NCBI GenBank assembly: GCA_022813865.1
Contig: JALDZX010000003.1
Location: 1 to 64,000 of the forward strand
Origin: Xylographa opegraphella
Lineage: Eukaryota
Length of the DNA: 64,000 nucleotides
Direction of reading: 5' to 3'
The notes under the pieces were generated by a model. That model worked only from the letters and a program-made list of their open reading frames with translations, was not told where the DNA came from and searched no databases. Made by a program: the position numbers and the translations under genes. The first letter of the stretch is position 1, and the number at the start of each line of letters is the position of its first letter. Positions 23,411 to 37,472 of the stretch are shown here, one piece after another.

Positions 23411-24744
23411 GGGTTTGGAAAAAGGGGGGAAATCTCCAAAAGGCAAAATGGGGACGGGGATACATATATCATAAGTGCGATACGGACTGAAGGTTAGTGA
23501 TCAGAGCTTCGGGTATTCACAATGAGTCCGGCTGCTTGCGGGAGAGCACACAATTCCTCAGCGCTGTAGCGGTACGCAGACGAACGAGACTTTGGATCCA
23601 GAGCATCCAGAACAGCCGGAAGAGATCTCGACCGCTTTGCCACCAGCACCAGGAGCTTATGGTCCCAAAAACCAAAAAAAAATAAAAATAAAAATTAGCT
23701 TCGAGGAAGCCAAAAGAGATCTCTCCCTAGGCGGAAGAAACACATAATCACTCGCGATACCATCCTCGAACCAATCGAATCCCGAACGTTGATATACGGA
23801 CCCCAACCAAAAAGACCAACCCCACAGTTCCACGAGCGAAGTGCTACCAGCAGTTTCCTGGCACACGGCGAAGATGCGGGACATCATGACGTCTCGCATC
23901 CGTACTACCTATGCAGCGTGCTCGCGCCACGGCTATGCAGAGAGATACCTTAGCAAGAGAGACAAAAAAGCGGTTCGCTAAGACACCGGTAACGATACCT
24001 TGGGGCCATACCCCAGTTAGCAGAAGATTCAGAGTAGCACGCCAGCGCGTATAATAGCACGGTCGAGTCGCGAACCGGGAAATGCATCAGTGGCGAAGAT
24101 GTTGATACGCTAGAGGCCGCTTTGCAAATACTCGTCTCTCTCAGCAGAAACGTCCAGCTTCATGAAACTCGTTCAGCCAGATTTAGTATTCAACTACGAA
24201 ACAGAATCACGGCTCAAAGGCCTCCTGATAGCATAATCCAAAGCGTCCGGGCCCCGGACGGAGTATAGCCCTATACAGTTCCATGTCATTGTAGCACCGT
24301 TTCGGAATTGACATCGTAACCAATCAGCTGTTTAGATGATCGAAGGTGATACCAGATGAAACCGCTTATCCGGGGTCTCTTGCGCTGGGACTTCGTACCT
24401 ACAGTACAACCTGCACAGCTACATCGATGCTTGACTTCCTCGGTCTACACACCAGAAGGAAGGAACAGCTTTTCGGTTCCATCTTATTACCTCCTCTCAC
24501 GTTTGTGGTTTCGTTTCCAGGAACGTGAACAGTAATTCGTAATTCATGTGGTCGGTCATGTAATCGCCCATGCATGACTATCATTTGTATTGATGATTAT
24601 ACTCCTCGCATACATAAATATATTGATGCTCCGTGATCTTTATAGAAATTTGACGTCTACTAACCTTCTCTTTCTCTATATCAAAATCCTTTACCATCAT
24701 ACGTGCTCTTCGTCTCAATTACAAACCTTTCATAAGTCATCAGA

Positions 24745-27700
24745 TCAAGTCCGTCCAAAATGCTCGCCTGGCGCAACATTCTTATACGAGCACGCCTGCC
24801 AGTCGCAGCCCTGCGGAGAGAGACTCAGCACCCGATACCAATCGACGAGTAGAACTCAAGCACTCACCTGTTTATAGACTTCCGTCCCCCACCACTTGAA
24901 ACCATCCATCCAGCCGGGATAGATGAACCCGAAGAACACCACCAGCAATGAGAATGCCAGACCGGAATCCAATGCTGCGGACATGGTCATCGTGTACTTG
25001 CCCCACCACGCCGATGCCCGACGGCGGATAACGTAGTTGAAAGTAAAGCAGACAAGGGCCCACACGGAGAAGTTCAAACCGGTCTGGAGGGTGGTATCAG
25101 CGGGGATACGAACTCAAAACATCATGTTGAACCCCACTTACTGCAGGAGGAATCCAACTCAAACTGCCGAATAACACAGGAAAGCTGATTTTTCTCAATA
25201 GGTTCTTCTCGCTTCTTCGCGCTATCAACCAGACAGCCGGCGGCGCAATAGCACCCACTAGAAACGCCCATATAAGATTTCGGTACAGAGCACCTTGTCC
25301 GAAAAACCGTTGCGGTCCGATCAACCCCCATAGGATAGACCCATTGAAGTGAACACGAGCTATCGGACAGATGAAACCGTTAACAGCTTCAGGCGTACAA
25401 ATCCCTTTTATGTTCGCGAACATCCAGTTTAAGACACCAACCTGAGTAAGACTCGAGACCAGCGTAGCTACCATCTGAACCGCAAACAAGATTTTAGGCG
25501 GTATCTTCATGTAATGACCGAGCTTGAGATCAGAGGAGAACTTGATACCCTGTGCGGAGCTGATGTAGCAGTAGGTAACAAATACCATGTTCGCAACAGG
25601 TCTTCCTGGAAAGACATAGCCACAGATGAGTTGGCATATCAGGTAGAGGCTACTATGCTGATTTGTGATTGCCATTATGATAGCAACGGGAAGAAACATA
25701 ACAGCCGTGATTCCTAACGCTAGCAGGAGGCCATACCATGGTAAGTGTACTGGATAACTGCCGTATGTTAGAAGCCTCAGCAGTCACAGCGATTATGTAC
25801 TTACTATTCAACTAGGAAGACGCCGATCATCAGCATCGCAATGAATGTCAACAAGTACCAGCTTGCTGGCGCATCCTCGTAGCGTTGCATCAATCTATGA
25901 TGCACGTCTTCCCGGTGTCGTGGACTTGAGTACGATGGCTCTGCTTGAACACCAAGTGATGTCGCAGCATCGCCTCTTTTGCTTTTGGAACCACCGGCGT
26001 CCAACGGAGGGACTTCACGGTAGTCTGCCTTGACCTCATCCGCAGGTCTAATAATCTGCTTTGTTTGAGCCCAAATATCTTTCCCATGCCAACAAATGGT
26101 GTGGGTGACTAGAGCTGACAAGCTTGCAAACTGTACTGCATAACTCAAAACATAGGTAATCGGTAAGTAAACGGGACTATACTGCTCGTAGGCTTCGCGA
26201 TCGAAAATGAAATCTGGAGTGAGGACTTTCGTAACATCGTAAGGATTGCCAGTGTTATCGAAGACAACAGAGGATAGAATCGGCATGAAAGACGAATAGA
26301 AAGTGTTTTTGTAGTCTGAGTAGGGATATGAATAGTTAGTAACTATGGCGGTCCCGGTTCTTATGTGATTCTTTACATAATATTGGAGCAATTATCCACA
26401 TGACAATCGCAAGACCCCCCACAACGTTTGCAGCTGCCCACCATGGAGTGAGAAGGGGAGATCCTATGTCAAATTGTCAACAATGCGTTCAGAGGGGTTT
26501 ATGGTAGATCATACCTATATATGCAACTTGTGCCCAATCGAAAGTCATTGGAAATAGCCCCAAACCCGAGGAGACTCCAAACTGTTAAAAGTCAACATCG
26601 TTTCGATAAAATTATCTCTCAAAGAAGACCTACAAGATTAGCAACAACCACGCTCTTAGGAGCGAACCAGGTGACAACACTAAAATAGCTCAAAGCAGGC
26701 ATAAGTAGGCCTGGCAGAAAATACCACAAAAACGCCCCTGACCAGACAAGAATGAAAAATCTCCAGCGAGTTATACGCCATCCATTCGCGATCTTATTCT
26801 CTGATTTGTGCATGGTTGCAAACATTGCAGTAGACATCAGTGTACCAGGCCAGATCATGCTGGCGGGCCTGACCAGATAGCGTCTGGTAAGACCAGCGAA
26901 AGCGTATCCAAGAATTTGGGTTGATATTGTCAGTAGCACCTGATAGATGATGCCAACGTCCTGGTGGTAGAATTGAGTTTGCTCAACGATAACGTCTGTT
27001 GCAAAGGCAAAGCCAAAGGAAACATTACTACTGATATACACGCAAGCATGTTCCTTCTCGTTCCAATGACCCTGGGCGAGCCATAATCGCAGTCGGTGCC
27101 ACTTGGATGTGTTCCTTGCGATAACAGTCTCAGACTCAGGTCGTGGCAAAAGAACACCGTTCTCGAAGAACTCTTGAGGATCATCGTCCCACTTAAGTAT
27201 ACTATCCCAAGCACGACCTAAAGGATGCACGAGTACCAGGGCGATCACAGGTGTGATAGCAACGCTAGGGTATCTCAAAGAAAAGAACAAGTTGGTCGCA
27301 GAACCCATGAGGGCGAAAACCAAGGAGAGTATCCACATGCGCGGTGTACTGATAGACAGAGTTATGTTGTCAACAGCAGAAACCGATGCTCGTACTTGAG
27401 AGAACGGAGAGTTCTCGAATATGTCTTCATCGCCTGCTATGCGGTCTCCTACTTTACCATCGCCGTCCACACCTCCATTGTCATCGTTATTCTGCTCTAG
27501 AAGGGGCTCGATATCATCAAAAAGACTGCCACCTTCGCGTGCAGGTACACCGACCCCACTTGCCAGTGAGGATTGTCGAGATGACAGCGATTCTCCGTTT
27601 ATTTTCTTTCCCGCTCTTTCATGGCTCGATCTCGAAGGCGTATTATCGCCAGGAATAGAGGTATATGAAGACACGCTCCTAGCCGCAGAAGACCGTAGCA

Positions 27701-27947
27701 AAGGCGAGCGTGACATGGCCGTCCTTAGCCAAACCGGCCAACCCCACACGAACGACGCTGAAGAAGAGCGATTGACCCAGGCTTGCGACTGCCTGGGGAG
27801 TACCGAGGCATCGAAATCCGTATTTATATCCTCCTCAGTGCTATCGATATCTGCATTTGACGGTTTGTTCGAGGGCAATAACTCGAAATCGTCCTTGTAG
27901 TTCTCCTCATGCTGTGTACTACCAGATTCACCTGCCCTCGAGGTCAT
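24745..27947 (-). CDS. OPT-family oligopeptide transporter (PT clade, Opt1/Isp4-like)
   Basis: ENSPFSQVRASV, FFSLRYP, WNEKEH, RPASMIWPGTL, DLKLGHYMKIPP, AALDSG. Multi-exon; last exon GCDWQACSYKNVAPGEHFGRT*. Confidence 0.92.
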
Positions 27948-28079
27948 GAGACACCCCCAGTGTGTCTCACAGCGTATGGGAATGAAGGCACAACAAGCGT
28001 GCCGTTAGGAACGATTGATTTTCTATGCCCATGGAATGGAAGTCCCCGCTCATCGATTTCCGGTGTAATGGCGTAGGTT

Positions 28080-28260
28080 GATAAGAAAACCCCACAGCTC
28101 GAGGTGGGGTAGGTTTAACCCTCGATCAGGTAAGGTAGAAGTTTTGTACTGCTCCAACTTGATAAGGTTAGGTTAATCTCCTCTCAACGGAGGAACCACA
28201 TGCCGGTGTCAAGACATTTAATCCTCATGGCGCAATTCTTCAGACACTCCTTCTTGATAA
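28080..28260. promoter_or_regulatory. Cluster of GATAA(G) sites upstream of the OPT gene (possible AreA-type nitrogen regulation)
   Basis: GATAAG at 28080 and 28161 and GATAA at 28256, within about 320 nt of the OPT start codon. Confidence 0.35.
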
Positions 28261-28921
28261 CAACTTTCTTCCGTTGCACACCACACAATATCCCTGTTCC
28301 TGTATCTTACTCTACACTACGCAAGCGTCTCTGGCTTTGCCTTTCCCATCCTCGCGACGCAGCTGCGTCGGGCCTAGGGCCTATAGCTGGGGGAACAGCT
28401 CGCTGGCGTTGACGTTCCCGGTTGCCGCCGTGCCCGGTGCCGGTGTTCTTGTGGAAGTATGGGGCGCGGTTGAGGGCGATGGGCAAGCCGCGGTGGTGAG
28501 AGGGGGAGCCAAGGGGTGTGTTGGATGGATGGCGGTGGTAGTGGAGGTGTGTGGGGTGAAAAAGTCGATTTTACAGGGAAGGCGTAGATGTATGCTAATT
28601 GTGGGTGAGTTGAGGTGCAACGCGTGAGAATGGTCTTTGTTGTAGATAAAAGGATAAATATCTCAATACCCGGGTGAAAGCGCTCCGAGCAGAAAATGTT
28701 CAGTATTCAATATAACAAGGTATTTCAATCAGATGATTTCAATCATACTTCTGCGCGTTACGAAATGAATATGCCCAAACGTGGGGAAATCGCCAAAGCT
28801 CGGGAATTTATATAATTTACATGGAAAGAGCCAGTAGCACTCTCCAACGCAAACAAGATCATTAGCCATATCAATCACGCCTATAATCGCATTCCCTATC
28901 CCACAAGTAGTTTCGTACCAG

Positions 28922-31740
28922 TTAGCAAACCCCAGCCGGACACCCAACCGTCGAGCCCCACACCTCACCCGACCAGCCCACAATCTGCAGCACCGCATTG
29001 ACCACGCCTCCGATGCCTTCCCCTGCCATAAAGCCCGCGGCAACCGCATGCCCAAACAGCTCGAACCCTGTCGGCCGCAGCCGACTCCACAGCGCCGCCA
29101 CAACCGCACCGATAGTCATGGCCGTGCCGTATACCGTGGCCGGGATGATGAACGCCAGCGCCATGACCATCACGTTGGGCCACCACGCTCTGATCCACAG
29201 CCGGCTTCCCGTCAACAGCGTATGCCGTATCAGAACCATGGCCATGCCTATGGTGGCGAAGACGACAGAGAACGTCCTGCTAGAAGGGGGGATTGGAAAG
29301 GCGGGGTCAGTAACGGCCACGGCGACAGCACGCCATGCCGAGACGGAGGGGACGTGGAAGGTGCAGGTGGTGGCGTTTGCGTCGTTGATGCAGGGATAGG
29401 CAGCGGAGAAAAGAACGAAGGTGGCTGGGGCGATAAAGACGGCGAAGGCGGTTCCGAGACCTTGGGCGAGCCATTGAAGTTTGGGAGAGGTATGCAGGAG
29501 AAAGCCGACCCGGAAGTCACCAGTGAGATCTGAGAGGTTAGAGATAACCTTGGTGAAATGGGTTAGGAAACAACGAACCTGCAGCTTGGCTGGCGCCTAT
29601 GCTGGACAGCGCCCCGCCGAGGAGATTCATACGTTGGGACTTGGCAATGTCCCATTCTTGGCCACGGGTAGCCGTGCCAAGAATGATTTGGGAGGCTTTT
29701 GAGGCGGCCGTAAGAGGTGTGATATCTGGTGAGTAGTGAGAACCTAGAAATCTGATGACTCAGGCGTGCAAAGATGGATTCAACTTACCAGTCGCACCTG
29801 TAGCCTGAACAGCGAGAAAAGAGAAGAAGAAAGCAAGAAATAAAGCAAGGCAAGTCTCACTAACCGGCATACCGTACTGAAGACGCATCACGAGACATGT
29901 GGCAACGAGAACTATTATGAGTCCTGGCAGCCACATCCATAGACTTACACAGTCTTCAGGCGCGGCCGGGTCGTCAATTAAGTTGTCCTTCTCCGATATC
30001 GTATCTCGAGACTCGACAGTTTTTCTTCGGGAAAGTATGAAAGGGGCGACAGCTTTCCAGAGCGCTTGACTGGTGAGCCAGAATATGCGCCACTGGCATG
30101 CAAGTTCTACGATTGGTTAATGGCATGGTGGAAATGATTTGATTGAAACGCACCTGTGAAGGACACGACTATCATACAAAGCACTCCGGGCCAGAGAAGC
30201 CAATATCGCGGACTAGAATGAGCGGCAGACGTAAAGTCATCCGAGAGAGAGAAATATGACTTGTATCCATGCCATTGCGGGTCCTCTGACGCTGGAATAC
30301 CAAAGGCTAATTTTTGGGAAACCAAGATTGGGCCCACGATACCCCTAGCAAACTTAGTAACTTGAGCGTCGAACCAGAAGCTTCAATAAAGTGGAGGGGT
30401 AAGAATAGAGATACGCACCAAGCTAGAACACTCCCAAATAGATATGAAATGGAAACATTGAGTCCAACCAACATCCCAGAACCAATGAAGGCTGGCGAAA
30501 GCTCGATGAACCATCCCCAACTTTCTAGAGAAATTGCCATATCGCTGTGACCTGCAAAAACGTATATCCAGGTCCAAGGATGCCAGTCCTAAGGGTAAAA
30601 TTCCTCAGTGTCACATCAGAAATAGCAATGGATAGCATACCCAAAGAAGACCGATTGCATACTGCGACAGAACACGGAGGAGAAGAGCAAAGGAAAAAGC
30701 CCAAGTCAGTGCCTTCATCTTAGCTTGCGCGGCGGAGGATTCGGCCTTGAGGGCCGCTAGATGCATGCTACGAATGGTTATGGCGGTTGCTGAAGACGAC
30801 GGGAAGACCATACGGAGTTCACGTGCCACATACACGATGAAGAACTTGCGCACTTTACATAGTTAGATCGGTCTGCTTGAGAGCTTGGAGGACTTAAAGC
30901 CTACAAGGAGTCGCAAAGAAAAAACCAAAATAGCCTCCAGCGGCAGTCAAGGTTGCGATCCTCCAGAAGTCGTTTCGAGGAGAGTCTAGCAAGCCCAGCT
31001 GATACATGGCTGGAAATGCAGAGACGAAGACGCTGCTCATACCACCAGCAGCTGTTGCAGCTGTCTGGACAATGTTGTTCTCCCGCGGTCCAAAATCTCC
31101 TGCCAAGATGGGGATGTGGTTTGCGTATTTGGCACACGACTTTAACAAAGTAAACCCAACGATGGACTGAAATATTATCAGCGGATATGGCTTACACAAA
31201 CGCGATAGTAATCTTAAGCCAGGAGTGTCACGGTAATGACGGCAGCAGTACGGACTTGCTTTTATCATACCTGATTGTGAAACTCGGTAGTCTTTGAGGC
31301 TCGGTTCAATGAAAATATTTGACACTTACTGCGAAGATGTTGGCCGATGCTGTCCATCCGGACTTAAGACCGAGGTAGATATTGGAAGCATTGATTAAAG
31401 TCCCGCAAAGAATTCCAACCACGAGGGCGCGAATCGTGAGTATATTACGATCCTCCGTCGGCAGGTCATTGAACGGCTGAAAGGGGTCTTCTAGAAGACT
31501 GTCATTCTCTGCTGGCTCTTGGCTTTCGAGTAAATCATGCGTCTCATTTTCTTGAATACTCTCTGCGTCGGAATTATCGTCCGCATCCTGCCCAGCTAAG
31601 GGCGTCCTGCAGAGAGTCAATGTTTTGCAGCTCGAGGATTTCTGGTATAGAAAAAATGTGCGCACTCTGTATACAATGGTTCCGAGGACGATGTCATCGT
31701 CAGATTTCTGAATTAAAGGACAGCCAAGGACGTCCGCATG
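28922..31740 (-). CDS. OPT-superfamily transporter (YSL-like fungal clade); start codon uncertain
   Basis: ILTIRALVVG, NIYLGLKSGW, FGPRENNIVQTAATAAGG, LVFPS-like motif, SPAFIGSGMLVG, SDLTGDFRVGFLL, GFMAGEGIGGVVNAVLQ, CPAGVC. Many short introns. Confidence 0.85.
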
Positions 31741-32485
31741 AACAGCATGTCTAACGGTCAATCATTATCATCACCATTGGCTAGGTCATATAAGCCATGC
31801 ACGGTTAATGGCCACTTCGAAGGAAAAATTATGCCTTTGTTCGAAATGAACAGTATCAGGCGGCTGATGCCCGCTGCCGCCTATCTTAATTGAGACTAGT
31901 ATTCAGCGATAATCAATATCAATATTCTTCGTTTTACGCGGGTTATTTTACCTCGAATTCCTCGCTTTCTTGATAGCGAGTTTCCAAGCATGTCTTTGAT
32001 GGTACGAGGCTTCATGAAGATTTGTTCCCGAATGTACCTCTCCAAGCAGCTCCATCCATACCTCTCCAACACAATATAATGGTATATCCTCTCGAGTCTC
32101 CCACCTCATGCCCGCTAGCTACTCCTCACAATGTAGTTTCAAGCCAGTATTGGGTGCCTGAGTCGCTCCGCCTCTATCACGAAACTGAGTCCATTCGACA
32201 ATCTATCTACCGGTGCGCTACTATGAAACGTGCCCGAAGCGCCTTGAGAATGAAAGTTGAGAGGGACGCGCAGCCAACATGAACATTGATTGGCAGAGTG
32301 GAGCTATACAAAAGACGGCGAACTATTCTGGTAGTACAATCACCAAATAACGCCGTTGAACCTTTTGAAGTCTCTAAATCCAACTCCGTCGATCTCAGTT
32401 CAGAATTGCTTCCTGCCGTTCGCTCAAGCAGGAAGTATCTCATCGGAACGGGTTTATATATGATATAACTTGACAACATCTGCAC

Positions 32486-33324
32486 TCACTCAGCCTTCCC
32501 GTGATCGGACACCTTCACACTAACCCTGTGTCCCACGAGGCCACGGTTCGGCTTCGCGAGGTCCGCAGCCATGAAGTCGGCACAATCCTCCAAGTCGGTA
32601 GCGTAGGCCATTGCGTTCCCCAAGATGCTGGCATATGTGCCGATCAGTGGAATACTTGCCAAACGGGAAGGCTGCCAGCCTGCCGGGACGTCCACCGCTG
32701 CAATCAGGGAATTTCCACGGGGCGCCTCCAGAAGCGTGATGGTCTGGCTAACGGGTCGCATCTCGCTAGGGCAGAAAAGGGACCATTCAAGGTGCTCCTG
32801 CGGCTTGCTGCGCAAGCAATCGAACGAAAGACCATGCTCGGTAAGTAGTGGGATGCTGATTGTTAAGTCAGTTGCCATTGTATGAATCCAGTCCCTCCAT
32901 ACCAGTGGACTTACTATCTCGTTATCTTGTTACCATTCGTACCAGGAACATCCATAGCGGTCAGTCCGCCGAGGAACCAGGCCCTGATCGGACATTTGAG
33001 CTCCTTGCTTGCATTCACCGCTGCTGTGGAGACTGCATTGATGATGCCTTGCATACGAGGTGCCTGCCATGGCAATATTGCGGCCAGGCCGGCACTATTG
33101 ATGAGGGCATTGCAGCGATGGTTGACCAGTGCTTCTTTGATGGCCTGTGCGTCCGTAGCGTTACCAGTGACAATCGTGAGCTGCGAAGTGACAGAGGAAT
33201 CAATCAATTCCTTGAGCTTCTGCTCATTGCGCACATAGACCACAACCTGATGCTTATATGCAAGAAGCGCTGGCAGGAGACGGGAACCGACGTTTCCGGT
33301 TGCGCCTAGGACGAGGACCTTCAT
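32486..33324 (-). CDS. NAD(P)-binding Rossmann protein (atypical SDR / flavin reductase-like)
   Basis: MKVLVLGATGNVG, GNATD, WSLFCP, EDCADFMAADL. One intron at about 32870-32918. Confidence 0.8.
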
Positions 33325-34820
33325 GTTTGATAGACTCGAGCCTAGAGAATGAGGCTGTGAATGATGTGAGAAACGATGGTGCTGAGTTGCTGGGCAAGGC
33401 CCGATCTATGTATCTTCCTTGATTGTCCGACGCGACGCTGTTGCCTGGCGTAAGTCGATTTTCAAGCGGTAGCCAAAATCCTTCGTTGATATCTTACTAG
33501 TCAGCAATCCCTGACTGAAAATATATATGAATCTCAAAGAAGGTCCTCGGAGTTTGTTACCTTCCAATTTGGTGATTCGAAAGAGCCTTGTTAGGGTTAT
33601 AGCAGAGTTGGAGTAGACTACCTCAGAATACTTAAAGAGAGCCCAAACAGCGACGTGACTTTTCGTGGGGCCACCACTGGTCTTACTACAGGGTTGCGAG
33701 CCTTCCGGGATCTGATTGGTATCGTTGCTGCGCCACATCTTCAACGCCGGTGGTCCTCGCATCCATTAATAATCCTCCCAAGAACAAGTTGCAAGTTTAA
33801 CCCGCTTGGATCGGCACGATTTTGTTTCATCCCCATACACCGATATCTAAACACCTTGTACATCCACATCTACTCACTTCCTCCCCGAAAGATCGATACG
33901 CAAAACGACACTGAGGCGTAAAGACCTCCGCACAAAGGTTCTGCTGGTGAAGCACGTCAGCGCAGTATCTTTCGGCTCTTTATTCACGAACGCTATTAGC
34001 CTGTGGCTGTAGGAAATAACGACGGGGGCGGCGGGGAGCGGTTGACTAATTAAGGCGGGACAATCATGGTCGACCGCCGATGAGCAGGAGGGTAACTGGA
34101 GCAAGGAAGTTCCGCGGCGGCCGCTGCTTGATACGAGCAGGTGGGAGGATCAGCGGGATTCTGGACCCTACTAGCGATGCTGCAGACGGCATAAAAACGC
34201 CTGCAATTGGACGTTCCGACGGTCGATGAGACGGCGCGGCCTGGAAGTATATCATATAGCCTAAAACTGGGTAGATAAAGTATGCATGAGAAGTATCTAC
34301 AGTAGCTAAGTTCAGTGGAAAGCAAGCGAGCATGTCACTCATACATAATCACATCGAGATCTCACTACGACCAGTGTTACTCAATCTTCTCAAAGCACGA
34401 TGATTGGATATGGACGATAACGATTGAGCGTGCTGATATGATTATCTTTCTCTATGGAATCTTGGTGGCCTGATCTCAGAGTTTGTGACCAGGGTAGGAA
34501 GGCAGGGGAGACTTGCGAAGCCGACGCCCTTCACAAATGTCTTATCGAAGTTACCTATGATTAGTCGTAGTCATCTTCGAGTCGCGCCAGCAAACACCAA
34601 CAAATCTCCATCATTAGCTAAGGTACCCAGACAAAAGTCCCGCATAATGATTTCGGATCCTGTGATACAAAATACTGCCAACAGCTTATCCGGCGCCTGG
34701 GTACTTTCGATCTCGTCGACATTCCATCCGTGCATACACCCACAGCTCACTCCGTGACTCCCTACCTACCTTATCCATAGCACAACGAACCCCCCCACCC
34801 CCACCCCCTACCCCCACCCC

Positions 34821-36811
34821 CTACCCCTCACTCAAAACCCTCCTATACGTCCCCCCCTCCTCTGCACAGCGCCTACACGCCCACCCGATCCCATCCAACA
34901 ACACCTGCCCATCACCCCACCGCTCCCCATCAGTATGCAACTCCCTATGCACCACCTTCTTCTCCTTCTCCTTCTCCTCCACGCCCCCCTCCGTCGCCCA
35001 CCTCTTCCACTCGGGCCCCTTCTCGCGCTCCAACCGTAGAAATAGCTCCGCCAACGACGCGTGGTCGTGCAGCGCGCGCTGCGCCGGGTATTTGCGCTCG
35101 AAGATGTCTGCGAGCCGGAAGTCGGGCCAGTGGCAGAAGGTGCGGCCGACGAGGAGGTCGCGGATGGCGGAGGGGGGGAGGGAGGTGGGTGGAGGGGAAG
35201 GGGCGGGGGTGGGGTTTGGAGAGCGGGTGGGGCTTGGGGAGCGGGTGGAGGCGGGGCTGGGGGAGCGGGAGGATGAGAAGGGGGATGGAGAGCGGTAGCC
35301 TTTCGGTTCGCGGATCTCGTACTCCGGGCTCGGAGGCTCGGTGGCGTAGTGTCGGTGGCCGTGTCTGCGGGTTCGGGAGTGGAAAGCAGGGGGAGGAGAG
35401 GGGTAGCGAGGAGCGCTGGAAGTGTCAGACCCCGGGCGAGAGCTCGCAGAGCGCGAGTAGGGCGAAGCAGACGAGGGGTAGCTGCGTTGTCGACTCTCGT
35501 AACGAGCGCTGGAAGCAGAGCGGTACGCTTTCGGGACACGGACTTCATAGCGCACGTTTACGGCGGGCGAAGTCGTGCGGCTGCGGCTTCGGTAGGAGCC
35601 TGGGGGACTAGCAGAGAGGTCAGTCTATGAATGTTATATCTCACCCAGGGGAAAGCGACGGAGAAAGTTGCGATTTTCTGATTTTCAATTTTTTTTTGGG
35701 TTGTTTGTTTGTTTTCAAGCTAGACCACTATTTCGAAGAGATGAGGGATTGAGGAAACGCCCATACCTTACCTGTAGCTGTCATATCCTCCGTAGTCATG
35801 CCTTGATGGGGCGCGCGTCGTACGCGACCTCTCACGTCTGGAGGAACTCCCTCCGTACCCGCGTGGTCGTATTTCGTGCATGATAGGCTCGTCGTCGTTG
35901 CTTGGACCTCCAAATTCAGAATCTTCATAGGTTGAGCTACCTCTATAGATTGAGCCACCTCCATGGCTTGATTCACCTACGTAGGTTGAGCCACCTGCAT
36001 AGGTTGAGCGACCTCCATAGGTTGAGCTCTCTCCGTAGGGTGACGGACCCCCAATTGTTGAGCGACCTCCGTAGGGTGAGCGACCTCCGTGTGGACCGCC
36101 CCCGTAGGATGGGCCACCGTATTCAGAAGCACCGTCACCACCCCCGTTTGCCGACAGTCTGGGATATCTGCCACCACCACCTAAACTCGTTTGAACTTGA
36201 TGATATGCAAGGGGGTTTTCATATGTACCAGGTAATGGCCCACGGGAACCACCAAGAGGGCCCGAGGGTCCACCAAAGCTCGACCGAGATGACGGTCCGC
36301 CTCCGTACCTGCCACCACCTCCATGCTCAAACGGCGGAGGGGATGGAGAACCGCCACCGTAGCCACCATAGCCCGGAGAGGGTGGTCCGCCCCGGGTCCG
36401 ATGTGACGGAAGCGCGGAACCTGGGTGAGAGGTGTAAGAGGGTTGATCTGGGGACGTGGGAACGCGGGACTCACCCAAATCACTCATACTAGGGAATCCT
36501 TCATCTCTGCCTTGTCTATACCCAGCTGGACTATGGGACGATCCTCCCCTGGGTAGTGGAGGATAGGGCATCCGGTCGTCGGAGTCCCTGTACGAGATGC
36601 CCCTGCGCGATGTTGATGATGGTGGTGGAACGTGATCGTACGGAGGTGGAGACCCACGATCTGGAGGGCCCTCCATATCATAGCGGTCTGCTCCATAAGG
36701 GGCTGTTGGACGTCTGCTCCGGCCGCGGCGAGATGAAGCGCCATGGTCGATCTCCACATGGTCTAAAATGTCCGAGGCGATGCCCTCCCATAGTTTTTTT
36801 GGCCAAACCAT
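34821..36811 (-). CDS. Low-complexity Gly/Ser/Pro/Arg/Tyr-rich orphan protein; the two listed ORFs are joined by an intron
   Basis: Donor ag|gtaagg at 35771 and acceptor ctgac...ctag at 35608 join ORF 35768-36847 in frame to ORF 34821-35555. The first ATG is near 36811 (MVWPKKLW) and the start is uncertain. C-terminal short globular segment with WACRRC. Confidence 0.6.
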
Positions 36812-36819
36812 TTGTTCTA

Positions 36820-36912
36820 TTGTGTCCACTGATGAGTTTGTGTCCACTGATGAATTTGTTTGTGTCCACTGATGAATTTGTGTCCACTGATGAATTTGTG
36901 TCCACTGATGAG
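36820..36912. repeat. 18-bp tandem repeat, 5 copies
   Basis: (tgtgtccactgatgaRtt) five times, with one 4-nt insertion. Confidence 0.9.
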
Positions 36913-37472
36913 TAATGCAGAAGATTCGTTCGCTAGAGTAGGTAGTCGTGGTGAAGTTTGAAGCATATCATGGATCCGGAAGGAACTTATATACTTGGAG
37001 AAACATAAAGCCAACGGCTCTTTGTCAAGTCCTTGTCTCCTTGTTCTGATCCTGTTACTGATGACAGTCGACCGATCGAGGATTGAGAATTGTATATGAA
37101 CGAGTCACTCTCCTGAACGTCGAGATACTCCAATTTGAACGGACTTTCAAACGTCAATGAAGTCTCACATTCTGGTACCTGTGTCTTTGCCGTTATCAAC
37201 AACAGTACCAGAATTGAGCACGGCTTCGCAATACAGGCATTTTGACAGCAATTTCTGCATTTCGAGAACATTAAGGACTTGTTGAAGTCTTATCGGGAGT
37301 GACCGTCAACTCTCGGCTCGGCTGTATATTCAAACTTCGGTTCGAAGTGCATAAAGTCAAGGTTATTCCTAATTCGTGCCGGTTTGATATGATTTTTCAT
37401 TGTATATCACAGACAATGTGATCCTAGGATATGCCGAGTCCGGACAAAGAGCGGCTTCATTGATACATCGAC

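Noticed and set aside
36820..36912. Direct-repeat array as a CRISPR-like locus
   Set aside because: The repeats are contiguous with no unique spacers, the context is eukaryotic and there are no cas genes. It is a simple minisatellite.
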